Shown: piece by piece, positions 18,275-26,237 of the stretch
Numbering within the stretch: the first letter of the stretch is position 1
How the letters are laid out: each line of letters starts with the position of its first letter
Assembly: GCA_044356215.1 (NCBI GenBank)
Contig: JBIKWQ010000048.1
Span: 1-26,237 of the forward strand
DNA from: Bdellovibrionota bacterium
Lineage (GTDB): Bacteria; Bdellovibrionota_C; UBA2361; OMII01
Length of the DNA stretch: 26,237 bases
Direction of reading: 5' to 3'
Position numbers and translations under genes: made by a program
Notes under the pieces: generated by a model
What the model was told of the DNA's origin: nothing
The model's input: the letters and a program-made list of their open reading frames with translations, nothing else
Databases searched by the model: none

Positions 18275-19288
18275 ATGAAAACTTTATTTGCTCGTGACCT
18301 GGCGATCGATTTGGGTACCGCTAACACCTTAATTTATGAAAAGGGGAGAGGGATAGTACTTAATGAGCCCTCGATGGTGGCGCTGAAGGAGATCAACGGC
18401 AAACGCGAGGCCGTCGCCTATGGAGCTGAAGCTAAGGCGATGCTTGGAAAGACTCCTGAAGGAGTTGAGGTAATAAGACCTGTCCGCACCGGGGTGATCG
18501 CTGATTTTGAGGTAGCCAGTCTGATGTTGCGGCACTTTATATCGCGGGTACGTTCTTCCTCGTTTGGGCTGATCAAGCCCAGGGTTATGGTTGGAGTGCC
18601 GTGCGGTATCACTGAGGTGGAGAAGAGAGCTATTCGCGAGGCGGTACAAGATCAAGCGCGTGAAGTGAGATTGATAGACGAGGCGATGGCGGCGGCGATC
18701 GGCTGCGACCTTCCTGTAACGGAGGCTACGGGTAGCCTTGTGATCGATATCGGCGGTGGGACCACCGATATCGCTGTGATTAGCTTGAAGGATGTCGTGT
18801 ATTCGGTTTCTGTTCGTCAGGGCGGTGATGCTTTAGATGAGGCAATTATAAATTACATTCGCCGCAAACATCACCTGCTTATTGGGGAGGCAACGGCGGA
18901 GCAGATTAAGAAGTCGATTGGAACGGCGCATCCAGACTACGATGATGAGGCTATCGAGGTCCGAGGTAGGTCACTTACCCTTGGAGCGCCGACAAGTATG
19001 ATGGTAACTGGCGGTGAGATTCGTGAGGCGATGAATGAAGTAATATCTCAGATTGTTTTAGCGGTAAGACAAGCGCTTGAAAATACGCCGCCCGAGTTGT
19101 CTGGTGATATAATCCACCGCGGAGTTGCTCTGGCTGGCGGTGGCGCTCTTGTTCGCGGGTTGGGCAAAAGACTCTCCGAGGAGCTTGAAATGGAAGTAAC
19201 CGTACCAGCGGATCCCCTCGGAGTGGTTGCTCAAGGCGCCGGTCGGTGCCTCGACCACAGCGACGTTTTTAAGGATGTCTGGATCTAG
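18275..19288 (+). CDS. mreB: Rod shape-determining protein MreB family actin homologue
   Basis: Motifs DLAIDLGTANT, GVIADF, VIDIGGGTTD, IGEATAEQIK and LAGGGAL. Start moved to the ATG at 18275. Confidence 0.93.
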   Translation: MKTLFARDLAIDLGTANTLIYEKGRGIVLNEPSMVALKEINGKREAVAYGAEAKAMLGKTPEGVEVIRPVRTGVIADFEVASLMLRHFISRVRSSSFGLIKPRVMVGVPCGITEVEKRAIREAVQDQAREVRLIDEAMAAAIGCDLPVTEATGSLVIDIGGGTTDIAVISLKDVVYSVSVRQGGDALDEAIINYIRRKHHLLIGEATAEQIKKSIGTAHPDYDDEAIEVRGRSLTLGAPTSMMVTGGEIREAMNEVISQIVLAVRQALENTPPELSGDIIHRGVALAGGGALVRGLGKRLSEELEMEVTVPADPLGVVAQGAGRCLDHSDVFKDVWI

Positions 19289-20232
19289 ATAGCCGCTGAT
19301 TTCGGAGAAGCTCTCAAGAGCTTTAGGTCTCCAGTAACAAGAGCGACCACTCCTCCTATGGCGCTTGTTACGGTAACGGCTAATAACCAAAGGGCTCCAA
19401 AAGCGGCGGCCTGCTCGTTTGACACAAGAGCCGGCGCTGCCGTAAGGAAATAGATATACGAATTTTCGCGGACGCCAAGGCCGTTCCAGCTAATAGGGAG
19501 ACTACTGGCGATATTGACGAGCGGAATTACAACAAAAAGAGTTGCTAGTGGTATTTGTGAGCCAACCGCGTTCGCCATTACAGCGTGCAGTAATATCTGC
19601 GTGCAGTGGAAGATTATCGATATACCAGTGATTATCGAGAGTGTTTTGTAGTCGCGTGGAAATATCTCGGCCACCTGTGACAATTTAGCAAAGACCTTAT
19701 TGGTCTTTGGGAGCTGCCTAAGCACCGCAGGCCCTAAGACCCACGCGGAGATAAACCCGACAATGAGTCCGAGTAACGCCAGCAAGATCCAGCCTGGGAC
19801 GCGGTCACTACCAAAGCACTGACTGGTAAAAAGGGCGATAACACTCAGCACAGTTAATCCGTGAATTCGGTCGGCTACCACAGCAGCTATTCCTTCGGTT
19901 TTCTTTGGAAGCCCGTCTGATATCAGGATTCCGCGAGCAACATCGCCTCCAACAGTTCCGAGGCCAGATCCGAAACAGTTAACAAACATGCCGATAAAGT
20001 AGGCCTTGAGGGCATGAGTATATGGGACGTTGATCCCGCCAGAGCGAGCGATCGTCCACCACTTAACAGAGCTCATTAATTGTCCCAAGGTATAGCCGGC
20101 GACTACGATCAGGGCAGTAATAGGGGAGATCTGGCTAAGAGTATTGATGAGCTTGTCGAAGGAAATGGAGAAGGCCACCACAGCAACCATGCCTGCTGTG
20201 ATCGCTGCTTTGATTAGGGTCTTTGTACTCAT
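19285..20232 (-). CDS. Lysylphosphatidylglycerol-synthase TM domain (flippase-like, UPF0104) membrane protein
   Basis: Multiple TM segments; motifs YFIGMFVN...GGDVARG, VADR and LPISWNGLGVRE. Start at MSTKT. Confidence 0.85.
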   Translation of the reverse strand: MSTKTLIKAAITAGMVAVVAFSISFDKLINTLSQISPITALIVVAGYTLGQLMSSVKWWTIARSGGINVPYTHALKAYFIGMFVNCFGSGLGTVGGDVARGILISDGLPKKTEGIAAVVADRIHGLTVLSVIALFTSQCFGSDRVPGWILLALLGLIVGFISAWVLGPAVLRQLPKTNKVFAKLSQVAEIFPRDYKTLSIITGISIIFHCTQILLHAVMANAVGSQIPLATLFVVIPLVNIASSLPISWNGLGVRENSYIYFLTAAPALVSNEQAAAFGALWLLAVTVTSAIGGVVALVTGDLKLLRASPKSAAI

Positions 20233-20364
20233 ATTATCGAAAGGCCTTTTGATAAGGAGGAGTATTCCAGATTTGGGTAGTTTTTCCAATACGGCTAGGT
20301 GCCGAATGGAGGAGGCTAAAATTAACTGAGTGGCGGAATCAGAGCTGAGTGTTAAACTGCTCTT

Positions 20365-20874
20365 ATGGTAAGTGACCCCAAGAAAAAGGATATAACAGGC
20401 CCGCCGCGAGATAAAATGGAAGTCGGTTTGGCGCGTCATAAGAGGCCGGAGTCGTTTAAGTTGCCCCGATGGTTTGTTGAGTATGGCGGCTGGGGATTCG
20501 CTGCGCTTCTTCTGAGCGGATTTCTATTGGGGAGTTATTGGTATGCGGATTCACTCTTCTCAACGGTTGAAAAGAGAGATGATTTAACATCTCTAAGGGC
20601 GGTTGGGAGTCCGAAAAAGATATGGCAGCAGGGTTCCGGCACGTTGCTCAAGAGCATTAAGCTCAGGGTCAGTAACACTGGAGAACATGTGGCAAAGGGA
20701 GTGAGGATTTTTGCGGTTATCGGCACTAAGCGCTTTGCGTTTAGTGGAACGGATTCGATAGAGATCGGTAATAGTGAGATTTTTACCCTTGAGGCTGATA
20801 TCGACGAGAAGCCGGGCCGGGAGTTGTTATTTGAGTATGAATGTAAGAACTGTGAAGGGGTAGGGAGACTTTGA
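20365..20874 (+). CDS. Hypothetical protein with a single TM segment and beta-rich (CARDB/Ig-like) C-terminus
   Basis: TM segment GWGFAALLLSGFLLGSYWY; RVSNTGEHVAKGV; terminal CxxC. Start uncertain. Confidence 0.6.
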   Translation: MVSDPKKKDITGPPRDKMEVGLARHKRPESFKLPRWFVEYGGWGFAALLLSGFLLGSYWYADSLFSTVEKRDDLTSLRAVGSPKKIWQQGSGTLLKSIKLRVSNTGEHVAKGVRIFAVIGTKRFAFSGTDSIEIGNSEIFTLEADIDEKPGRELLFEYECKNCEGVGRL

Positions 20875-20914
20875 GGCCTTTACTTCGCAATAAATCGGTG
20901 ATTTTCGCGGATAG

Positions 20915-20943
20915 GTGACAAGGTAAGTAGGATTATCTATACT
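20915..20943 (+). promoter_or_regulatory. Sigma70-type promoter for tRNA-Lys
   Basis: GTGACA (20915-20920), N17, TATACT (20938-20943), followed by GC-rich CGGGC. Confidence 0.7.
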
Positions 20944-20994
20944 CGGGCAATACGGCCTGTTACCCAGACGGCCGTCAGTTAATTTTTTGCGGGG

Positions 20995-21124
20995 CGACCC
21001 ACCTTCGCCAAGGCTACGGCGGGTCCGGGGGTGGTTGGTGCTGCGAAGTTTTTTTATGGGCCGACCCACCTTCGCCAAGGCTACGGCGGGCGAGTGGAAG
21101 GTTGGTGCTGCGAAGTTTTTTTAT

Positions 21125-21131
<7 letters not shown>
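20995..21131. repeat. Two-copy tandem repeat, period 67 nt, overlapping the tRNA 5' end
   Basis: CGACCCACCTTCGCCAAGGCTACGGCGGG at 20995 and 21062; GGTTGGTGCTGCGAAGTTTTTTTATGGGCCGA at 21033 and 21100. The copies differ only in a 9-nt linker. Confidence 0.9.
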
Positions 21132-21197
<66 letters not shown>

Positions 21198-21200
21198 GTT

Positions 21201-21470
21201 TTTCACCTATGCAAACTTTGCCAAAGGCAAAGATTTGCATGACGGCCAAGGGCTGGCGCCCCTGGACCCCGATTTTCTCCTATGCGAACTTTGCTAAAGC
21301 AAAGATTCGCATCACGGCCAAGGGCTGACGCCCCTGGACCCTGAGTTTCACCTATGCAAACTTTGCCAAAGGCAAAGATTTGCATGACGGCCAAGGGCTC
21401 TCGCCCCTGGACCCCGAGCTTCTCCTATGCGAATTTTGCTGAAACAAAGATTCGCATCACGGCACCCTGA
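21201..21470. repeat. Four-unit ABAB tandem array of 72/73-nt hairpin-forming REP-like units
   Basis: CCTATGC at 21206, 21279, 21351 and 21424. Each unit has an ATGCRAAYTTTGC...CAAAGATTYGCAT hairpin. The first three also carry CCAAGGGCTnnCGCCCCTGGACCC. Confidence 0.92.
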
Positions 21471-21538
21471 TTTGCTCTATTATTCTCAGCGAGATACATT
21501 CTTGGCATCTTTCTTTATTTGAATTAGGAGCGGTGGAT

Positions 21539-22195
21539 ATGTTTATCGGAATCGTCAAAGGACAGGGACTAATCACCGCGGTTACGGATAAGGTAAATCT
21601 TCGATCCTTTGAGATCTTGCTGCCAGATGGTGCTGAAGTTGGTCTTGAGATCGGCGCAAGTGTCAGCGTCGATGGAGTCTGTTTGACGGCAACCTCTATC
21701 GTGGGCCGAACTGCCACTTTTGACGTTATGGCGGAAACTTTGAATCGCTCAACGCTTGGGAGTTTTTCGGTCAAAGATAGAGTCAACATCGAGCGTGCGG
21801 CTAAGGACGGCGCGGAGATCGGTGGGCATCCTCTCTCAGGGCACGTTGACTGCGTATGTGAGGTAATCAAGGTAGATCTGCCGGAGAACAACTCGGTGTT
21901 AACGTTCCAAGTTCCAGCGCCTTTCATAGGATACATATTTTCCAAGGGCTATATCGGACTAAATGGAACTAGCCTCACTGTAAGTAATGTTGACAAGAAG
22001 CGCGGAACCTTTGAGGTGTGGCTTATACCTGAAACCCTCCGTCTCACTACATTCGGGGAGAAAAAGGTAGGGGATAAAATTAATCTTGAGATTGAACGAG
22101 GCACTCAGGTTGTGGTTGATACAGTGAGAGATTTCCTCGAGCAGCGCTTGGGGAAGATGCTTCCTAAATTGAAGGCATTACTCGAAGAGGATTAG
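21539..22195 (+). CDS. ribE: Riboflavin synthase (alpha chain; named RibC in E. coli)
   Basis: Motifs MFIGIV, GASVSVDGVCLT, VNIERA, GGHPLSGHVD, KGYIGLNGTSLTV and LIPETL; RBS AGGAG. Confidence 0.93.
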   Translation: MFIGIVKGQGLITAVTDKVNLRSFEILLPDGAEVGLEIGASVSVDGVCLTATSIVGRTATFDVMAETLNRSTLGSFSVKDRVNIERAAKDGAEIGGHPLSGHVDCVCEVIKVDLPENNSVLTFQVPAPFIGYIFSKGYIGLNGTSLTVSNVDKKRGTFEVWLIPETLRLTTFGEKKVGDKINLEIERGTQVVVDTVRDFLEQRLGKMLPKLKALLEED

Positions 22196-22219
22196 TAGTT
22201 AAAATTAGGAGCTCATAAG

Positions 22220-22852
22220 GTGAGCAGAAATTCAGCTCTTCCTGAATACTGGCGTGAGGCTTGCAAGGCCCTTTCGAAACACGACCGTGTGATGCGTGAT
22301 TTTATCGAGCAGTATCATGACGCAAGTCTGCGATCTCGTGGGTCAGCGTTCGAGACCCTCCTTCGTGCAATAGTGGGACAACAGATTTCAGTCAAAGCTG
22401 CTCAGTCGGTGTGGAATCGTTTTGAGGAGAGAGTTGGCAGTGTGTCAACAGATTCAGTTCTGGCGGTTTCCGCCGCTCAACTTCAACAGTGTGGACTATC
22501 ACGTCAGAAAACCGAATACATAAGAGACCTCGCGCGTCATTTTGAGTCTGGAGCCATCAACCCGCGCAGATTTAAGACATTAGGGGACGAAGAGCTCATA
22601 GAGAGTCTTTTCGATGTCCGTGGAATCGGTCGTTGGACAGCGGAGATGTTTCTGATATTTCATCTACGGCGCCCGGATGTGTATCCGTTGCAGGATATAG
22701 GTTTAATCAGAGCAGTCGAGAAGCATTACCTAGCTGGCGAGAAAGCAGGAAAGGGTCAAGTCTCTGAAATTGGCGAGCGATGGCGTCCCTGGCGGACCGT
22801 GGCTACGTGGTATCTTTGGCGCAGCTTGGATCCTTTTCCGGTGGAGTATTAA
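22220..22852 (+). CDS. DNA-3-methyladenine glycosylase II (AlkA-like, HhH-GPD)
   Basis: Motifs LLRAIVGQQIS, RGIGRWTAEMFLIF, DVYPLQDIGL and WRPWRTVATWYLWRSL. Confidence 0.92.
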   Translation: MSRNSALPEYWREACKALSKHDRVMRDFIEQYHDASLRSRGSAFETLLRAIVGQQISVKAAQSVWNRFEERVGSVSTDSVLAVSAAQLQQCGLSRQKTEYIRDLARHFESGAINPRRFKTLGDEELIESLFDVRGIGRWTAEMFLIFHLRRPDVYPLQDIGLIRAVEKHYLAGEKAGKGQVSEIGERWRPWRTVATWYLWRSLDPFPVEY

Positions 22853-22891
22853 AAACCTTAAAATCCGGCCCCTTGATCGCGTAGATTATTT

Positions 22892-22990
22892 GTAACTACT
22901 CACCGGATTTTTTGGTTCGTTGCTTTGCTCTGCAAAGCCACCCCTTAATAGAGGCTAACGTTATCGCGGCGGAATATGCTGAGTAGTTAC
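22892..22990. mobile_element. 99-bp MITE-like element with 11-bp perfect terminal inverted repeats
   Basis: GTAACTACTCA (22892-22902) and TGAGTAGTTAC (22980-22990); internal hairpin GCTTTGC-TCT-GCAAAGC. Confidence 0.5.
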
Positions 22991-22992
22991 GG

Positions 22993-23835
22993 CTATTTTA
23001 ATTCCCCTCCGTCGGGTACGACGAGTGGGCTGATGTCAGGAAATACCAACGGCGTTAGGATTGTCCACGGGATTAAAACTTCCATGACTCCATGGGCATA
23101 AGCCGCGACCTGATACTCCTCGAAAAATATACGCATACCATCTCTTGTTAATACAAATTTATCAAAGGAATTTTCTAGAGGAGTCGTACCGCGCTCAATC
23201 CAGTCTATAACCGCCGCTTCCTCACCGTCGACGAGTAGCTGCTTGCGGAGTTCAGCGGTGACAAAATTGGAAATCCTCTTTAGCGCTGAATTAAATTGCG
23301 CCGGCGGAAAAACATCGCGCAGCGTTAAGAGCTTTGTGCTTCCTGTGATTAATACCGCGGTGCGAACAAAATGGCGTGGCTTTTCGAAGGGTAGATCCTC
23401 TTGAAAAATGTTTGACAGCGACATCATCATCGAAGATGTGGGATAGCACCGGGCATCATTTGACAAGGTAGCGACTGCCAGTTGATTTGATTCAGGCATG
23501 AACTCCCATGTTCTAAGCTGAGATAAAAATCTGCGACGCTCTCTCCTTAGTATCAATCTGATTGTGGGTCGTATCTGATTTTGATTAAGAGGCGTTTCGT
23601 CGAGCCTTGAGCAGTTCATAGAGGTGAGCCTTACTCGGTAGCGCATGCCCTTGGAGAGTCCCATATTGATCTTTCCTGTCGCGGAGACTCGAACTCTTGC
23701 ATAGTGAGCAGACTCTTCCGAGCTGCTTTCCGAGACGCAAAAAAAAGAGAGCAAGATTGCGGTGATACGGAGATACCGTAAAGAAGGACAGGCTCGCCAT
23801 GGGTGCTTCTTTTTAGCAGGAGTCTTTGTTGGCAT
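22993..23835 (-). CDS. DUF3298 / RsiV-family secreted protein
   Basis: Motifs LTLRDVF and FVLTRDGMRIFFEEYQVAAYAHGVMEVLIPW; hydrophobic N-terminal stretch. Start uncertain. Confidence 0.75.
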   Translation of the reverse strand: MPTKTPAKKKHPWRACPSLRYLRITAILLSFFCVSESSSEESAHYARVRVSATGKINMGLSKGMRYRVRLTSMNCSRLDETPLNQNQIRPTIRLILRRERRRFLSQLRTWEFMPESNQLAVATLSNDARCYPTSSMMMSLSNIFQEDLPFEKPRHFVRTAVLITGSTKLLTLRDVFPPAQFNSALKRISNFVTAELRKQLLVDGEEAAVIDWIERGTTPLENSFDKFVLTRDGMRIFFEEYQVAAYAHGVMEVLIPWTILTPLVFPDISPLVVPDGGELK

Positions 23836-24011
23836 CTTAGTCGCTATAATGAACAGAAACAAAAGTTATTTGTATCATTCCTTCAGATGATAGACTACTA
23901 AAAACTAATCTAGCTACTCACCGGATCTTTATCCATCTAGCCCGGCTGCACGCGTCAAAAATCATCTCCAAGTTAATAACCGGAACGGGGTGCCCGGAGC
24001 AGGTGGAACTC

Positions 24012-25202
24012 TTAGCTTCGCGCCACGCTGGAGTACAAATACAATAGCAGTAGACCGAATATGCAGACGACAATCATGACAGGGATCGCCTCAAGCGAGA
24101 AGCGCTGCGCTAGATAGCCACCGTATGCTGGTAGGAGGGCGCCTCCGATGTTGGCCGCCGCGACCTGGATCCCAATCGCGTTTGCCGCATGAGCAGCACC
24201 AACTCGCTGGGAAGTGCTGGAAACTAGGCCCGCAAATATGGGCGCCAGAGCAAAGCCAAGAAGGCATACCCCCGCAACGCCAACAAGCGGAATAGGGTTT
24301 AACCATAGGAGCACAGCACCGACCAGTGCAAGAGTCATCGAGCTGAGCATTAAAGAGTTGAGACTGAAGCGGTGCGCAAATAAGCCACCAAGTATCCTTC
24401 CTACTGTGAAGACACCCCAGAATCCACCGGCACAAATCCCAGCCATCTGTGGACTGATACCACGTCCTTCTGTTAGGAGGATGTATGTCCAATTCCCCAT
24501 GGTAAATTCGGCTCCTGCATAGAGCAGGACAAGGAATACTCCCACGATAGTTTGCGGATGTAGCAGGCTCTCATAGATCGAGGTCTTATAGTCTATCAAG
24601 CTTCTGTCAGGTTCCAAGTTCCCACGCACGGTTTGAGGTGGGCCTTTCGCCGATCTCCATGTGGTACGGCTAAGCCAGAAGGCCCACGCTAGTATCAGCA
24701 GGATGATTCCAACAAACATGTAACCGGGGCGCCAGGAGTCGAATCGCGATAGACTTACAGTAATAATTATCGGACTCACAGTTGCCCCTAACCCAAACGC
24801 GGCGTGCAGCCACTGCATCTCGCTCTCTGTGTGCTCCGCTGCCAGGTAGGCGTTCAGTCCAGCGTCGATTATCCCGGCACCAAACCCCGATAACGCCGAC
24901 ATTCCAACGAACATAAGCCACGCGGGTGCCAGTGCATAGCCGAACATCGCGAGCGCGGAAGTAAGGCTACCGACGAGCAGGAGGGAGCAAATACCGAAAC
25001 GACTAATTAGTCGGGCGATCAAGAAGCTCGCTATGGTATATCCCACTGTTGATGATACGAGTACTAGACCCATAGCATCTAGTTGAAGAGAGAACTCCGT
25101 GCGCATAGTTGGCCATGCAACGCCGAGTAGACTTGCGGGTAATCCGAGAGTGAGAAAGGCGGCGTAGGCCACTATTAAAGTCTTACTTTTGGAGCGGTCC
25201 AT
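24012..25202 (-). CDS. MFS transporter
   Basis: About 12 hydrophobic segments; motifs LGLPASLLGVAWP, GAGIIDAGLN, WLHAAFGLGA and APIF. Start moved to MDRSK. Confidence 0.9.
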   Translation of the reverse strand: MDRSKSKTLIVAYAAFLTLGLPASLLGVAWPTMRTEFSLQLDAMGLVLVSSTVGYTIASFLIARLISRFGICSLLLVGSLTSALAMFGYALAPAWLMFVGMSALSGFGAGIIDAGLNAYLAAEHTESEMQWLHAAFGLGATVSPIIITVSLSRFDSWRPGYMFVGIILLILAWAFWLSRTTWRSAKGPPQTVRGNLEPDRSLIDYKTSIYESLLHPQTIVGVFLVLLYAGAEFTMGNWTYILLTEGRGISPQMAGICAGGFWGVFTVGRILGGLFAHRFSLNSLMLSSMTLALVGAVLLWLNPIPLVGVAGVCLLGFALAPIFAGLVSSTSQRVGAAHAANAIGIQVAAANIGGALLPAYGGYLAQRFSLEAIPVMIVVCIFGLLLLYLYSSVARS

Positions 25203-25557
25203 GTGCTGAGTTGACGTGAGTGGATTAGTTCTTCTAGTCGCCACTTTGCAGTGGCAGCGGCTTGTCAGGCGACTTAGGAGCGACCGGTATCGCTGACAGA
25301 GGGATGCCTCTAGGGAGAAGAATAGAGGGATCAATTAACTTTTCGCAAGCAACTGATACCTGCTGCCGAGTTGCTGTACGGAGTCAGAGTCCCTGCAGCC
25401 GGGCTACAGGGCTCGGCGGGATGAGACTCTGGAGCTCGGAACTGCCGAGGAAGCTCAAATGCGTCTGTGTGAGAGAGAAAAGAGAGAGCAAACCGCCGAC
25501 CATAGATACACCTCGGCGCTGCGAATCAGAAGTCGCACTGCGGGATATGAGAGAACT

Positions 25558-26235
25558 CTAGCAGCCTACAACATTGGCTAGCTTCGGAAACGACGGGGGA
25601 TACAGACCAGGTGGATACACGGCTGTTCTATCACCCATAATCCACTTGGCTCTGATCTTCCTAGCTTCCTTTCGTAGCCCCTTTAACTTTTTTATGTACT
25701 GAATTCTTAACGAGCGGTTATCCGAGAGGCAGCACGTCTTCCGGCCTTTCCTGTCCGGTCTATAAGATGTGTCGATCTTCTGCTGCTCTAGTCTTTGCCT
25801 TCCGATAACGGTCTTCTTCTCTCGTATTCGCTTCTCAGCAGCACGCTTCTCTAGGGTGCGGACGCGCTCTACAATTCTATCGTTAATTCGTTTCTGTTGC
25901 TCAGGATCTCTTATCCCGAACGCCTCCATCCACGCGTTTGGCTGGAGTGTAAATGTCTCAACCTCTGAAGAACCATCAAGGAGTCGCTGAGCTTCTTTTG
26001 TATAACCTCTTAAGTTATGGCTCTCTGGCTCAAGGCACCTGTAATGAGGGCGTCTAAACCTCTTCCAACTCTTTGTTGTCTCGCCATTTCTAAACATTTG
26101 CCAAGTCGAAAATCCTGGGTATTCCTCGATTGATGAAACGAGGTTGTCCTTTGCCGGGTTGCAGTAGGTATAAGATATGAGCGCTATCGCTTTAGATAGG
26201 GTCAGAACGCGTGGGCTATCGTATCCATCACACCA
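25558..26235 (-). mobile_element. 3' part of a REP-associated tyrosine transposase (RAYT)/IS200-like Y1 HUH transposase, running off the window edge
   Basis: The frame is open upstream of ORF 25558..26097: WCDGYDSPRVLTLSKAIALISYTYCNPAKDNLVSSIEEYPGFSTW. This matches the Y1 W..xY.S...Y...NP.K..LV....P..S block. C-terminal YPPGLYPP tail. Confidence 0.8.
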
Positions 26236-26237
26236 CA

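Noticed and set aside
21201..21470. Possible CRISPR array
   Set aside because: Units repeat along their whole length with no unique spacers, and there are no cas genes in the window.

Overview
Bacterial chromosomal window of about 48-50% GC, probably from a Bdellovibrionota/deltaproteobacteria-like lineage (inferred from gene content only). The left ~6.5 kb is an accessory mosaic. It holds a DGR-type reverse transcriptase cut off before its catalytic YxDD, a short DUF4143-like gene remnant, a hipBA-like module, two glycosyltransferases, degenerate palindromic repeats and a leaderless higBA module. The middle holds a five-gene minus-strand operon (SAM methyltransferase, FrhB-family Fe-S protein, GT4, SGNH hydrolase, agmatine deiminase). 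It also holds a partner-switching module (STAS, REC-HATPase, CxxC/CxxC protein), rpmB, an orphan gspK, a REC-YciF stress module, 3-hydroxybutyryl-CoA dehydrogenase, an orphan mreB and an LPG-synthase-like flippase. A tRNA-Lys(UUU) is flanked by two different structured repeat arrays: a 67-nt duplication that includes the tRNA 5' end, and an ABAB 72/73-nt hairpin array with compensatory changes. The right end has riboflavin synthase, an AlkA-type glycosylase, a 99-bp MITE-like element, a DUF3298/RsiV protein, an MFS transporter, and the 3' part of a RAYT/IS200-like tyrosine transposase with a structured 3' flank. There is no CRISPR array. No complete novel system is demonstrable from sequence alone. 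The best leads are the tRNA-flanking repeats, the RAYT and the broken DGR-type RT.
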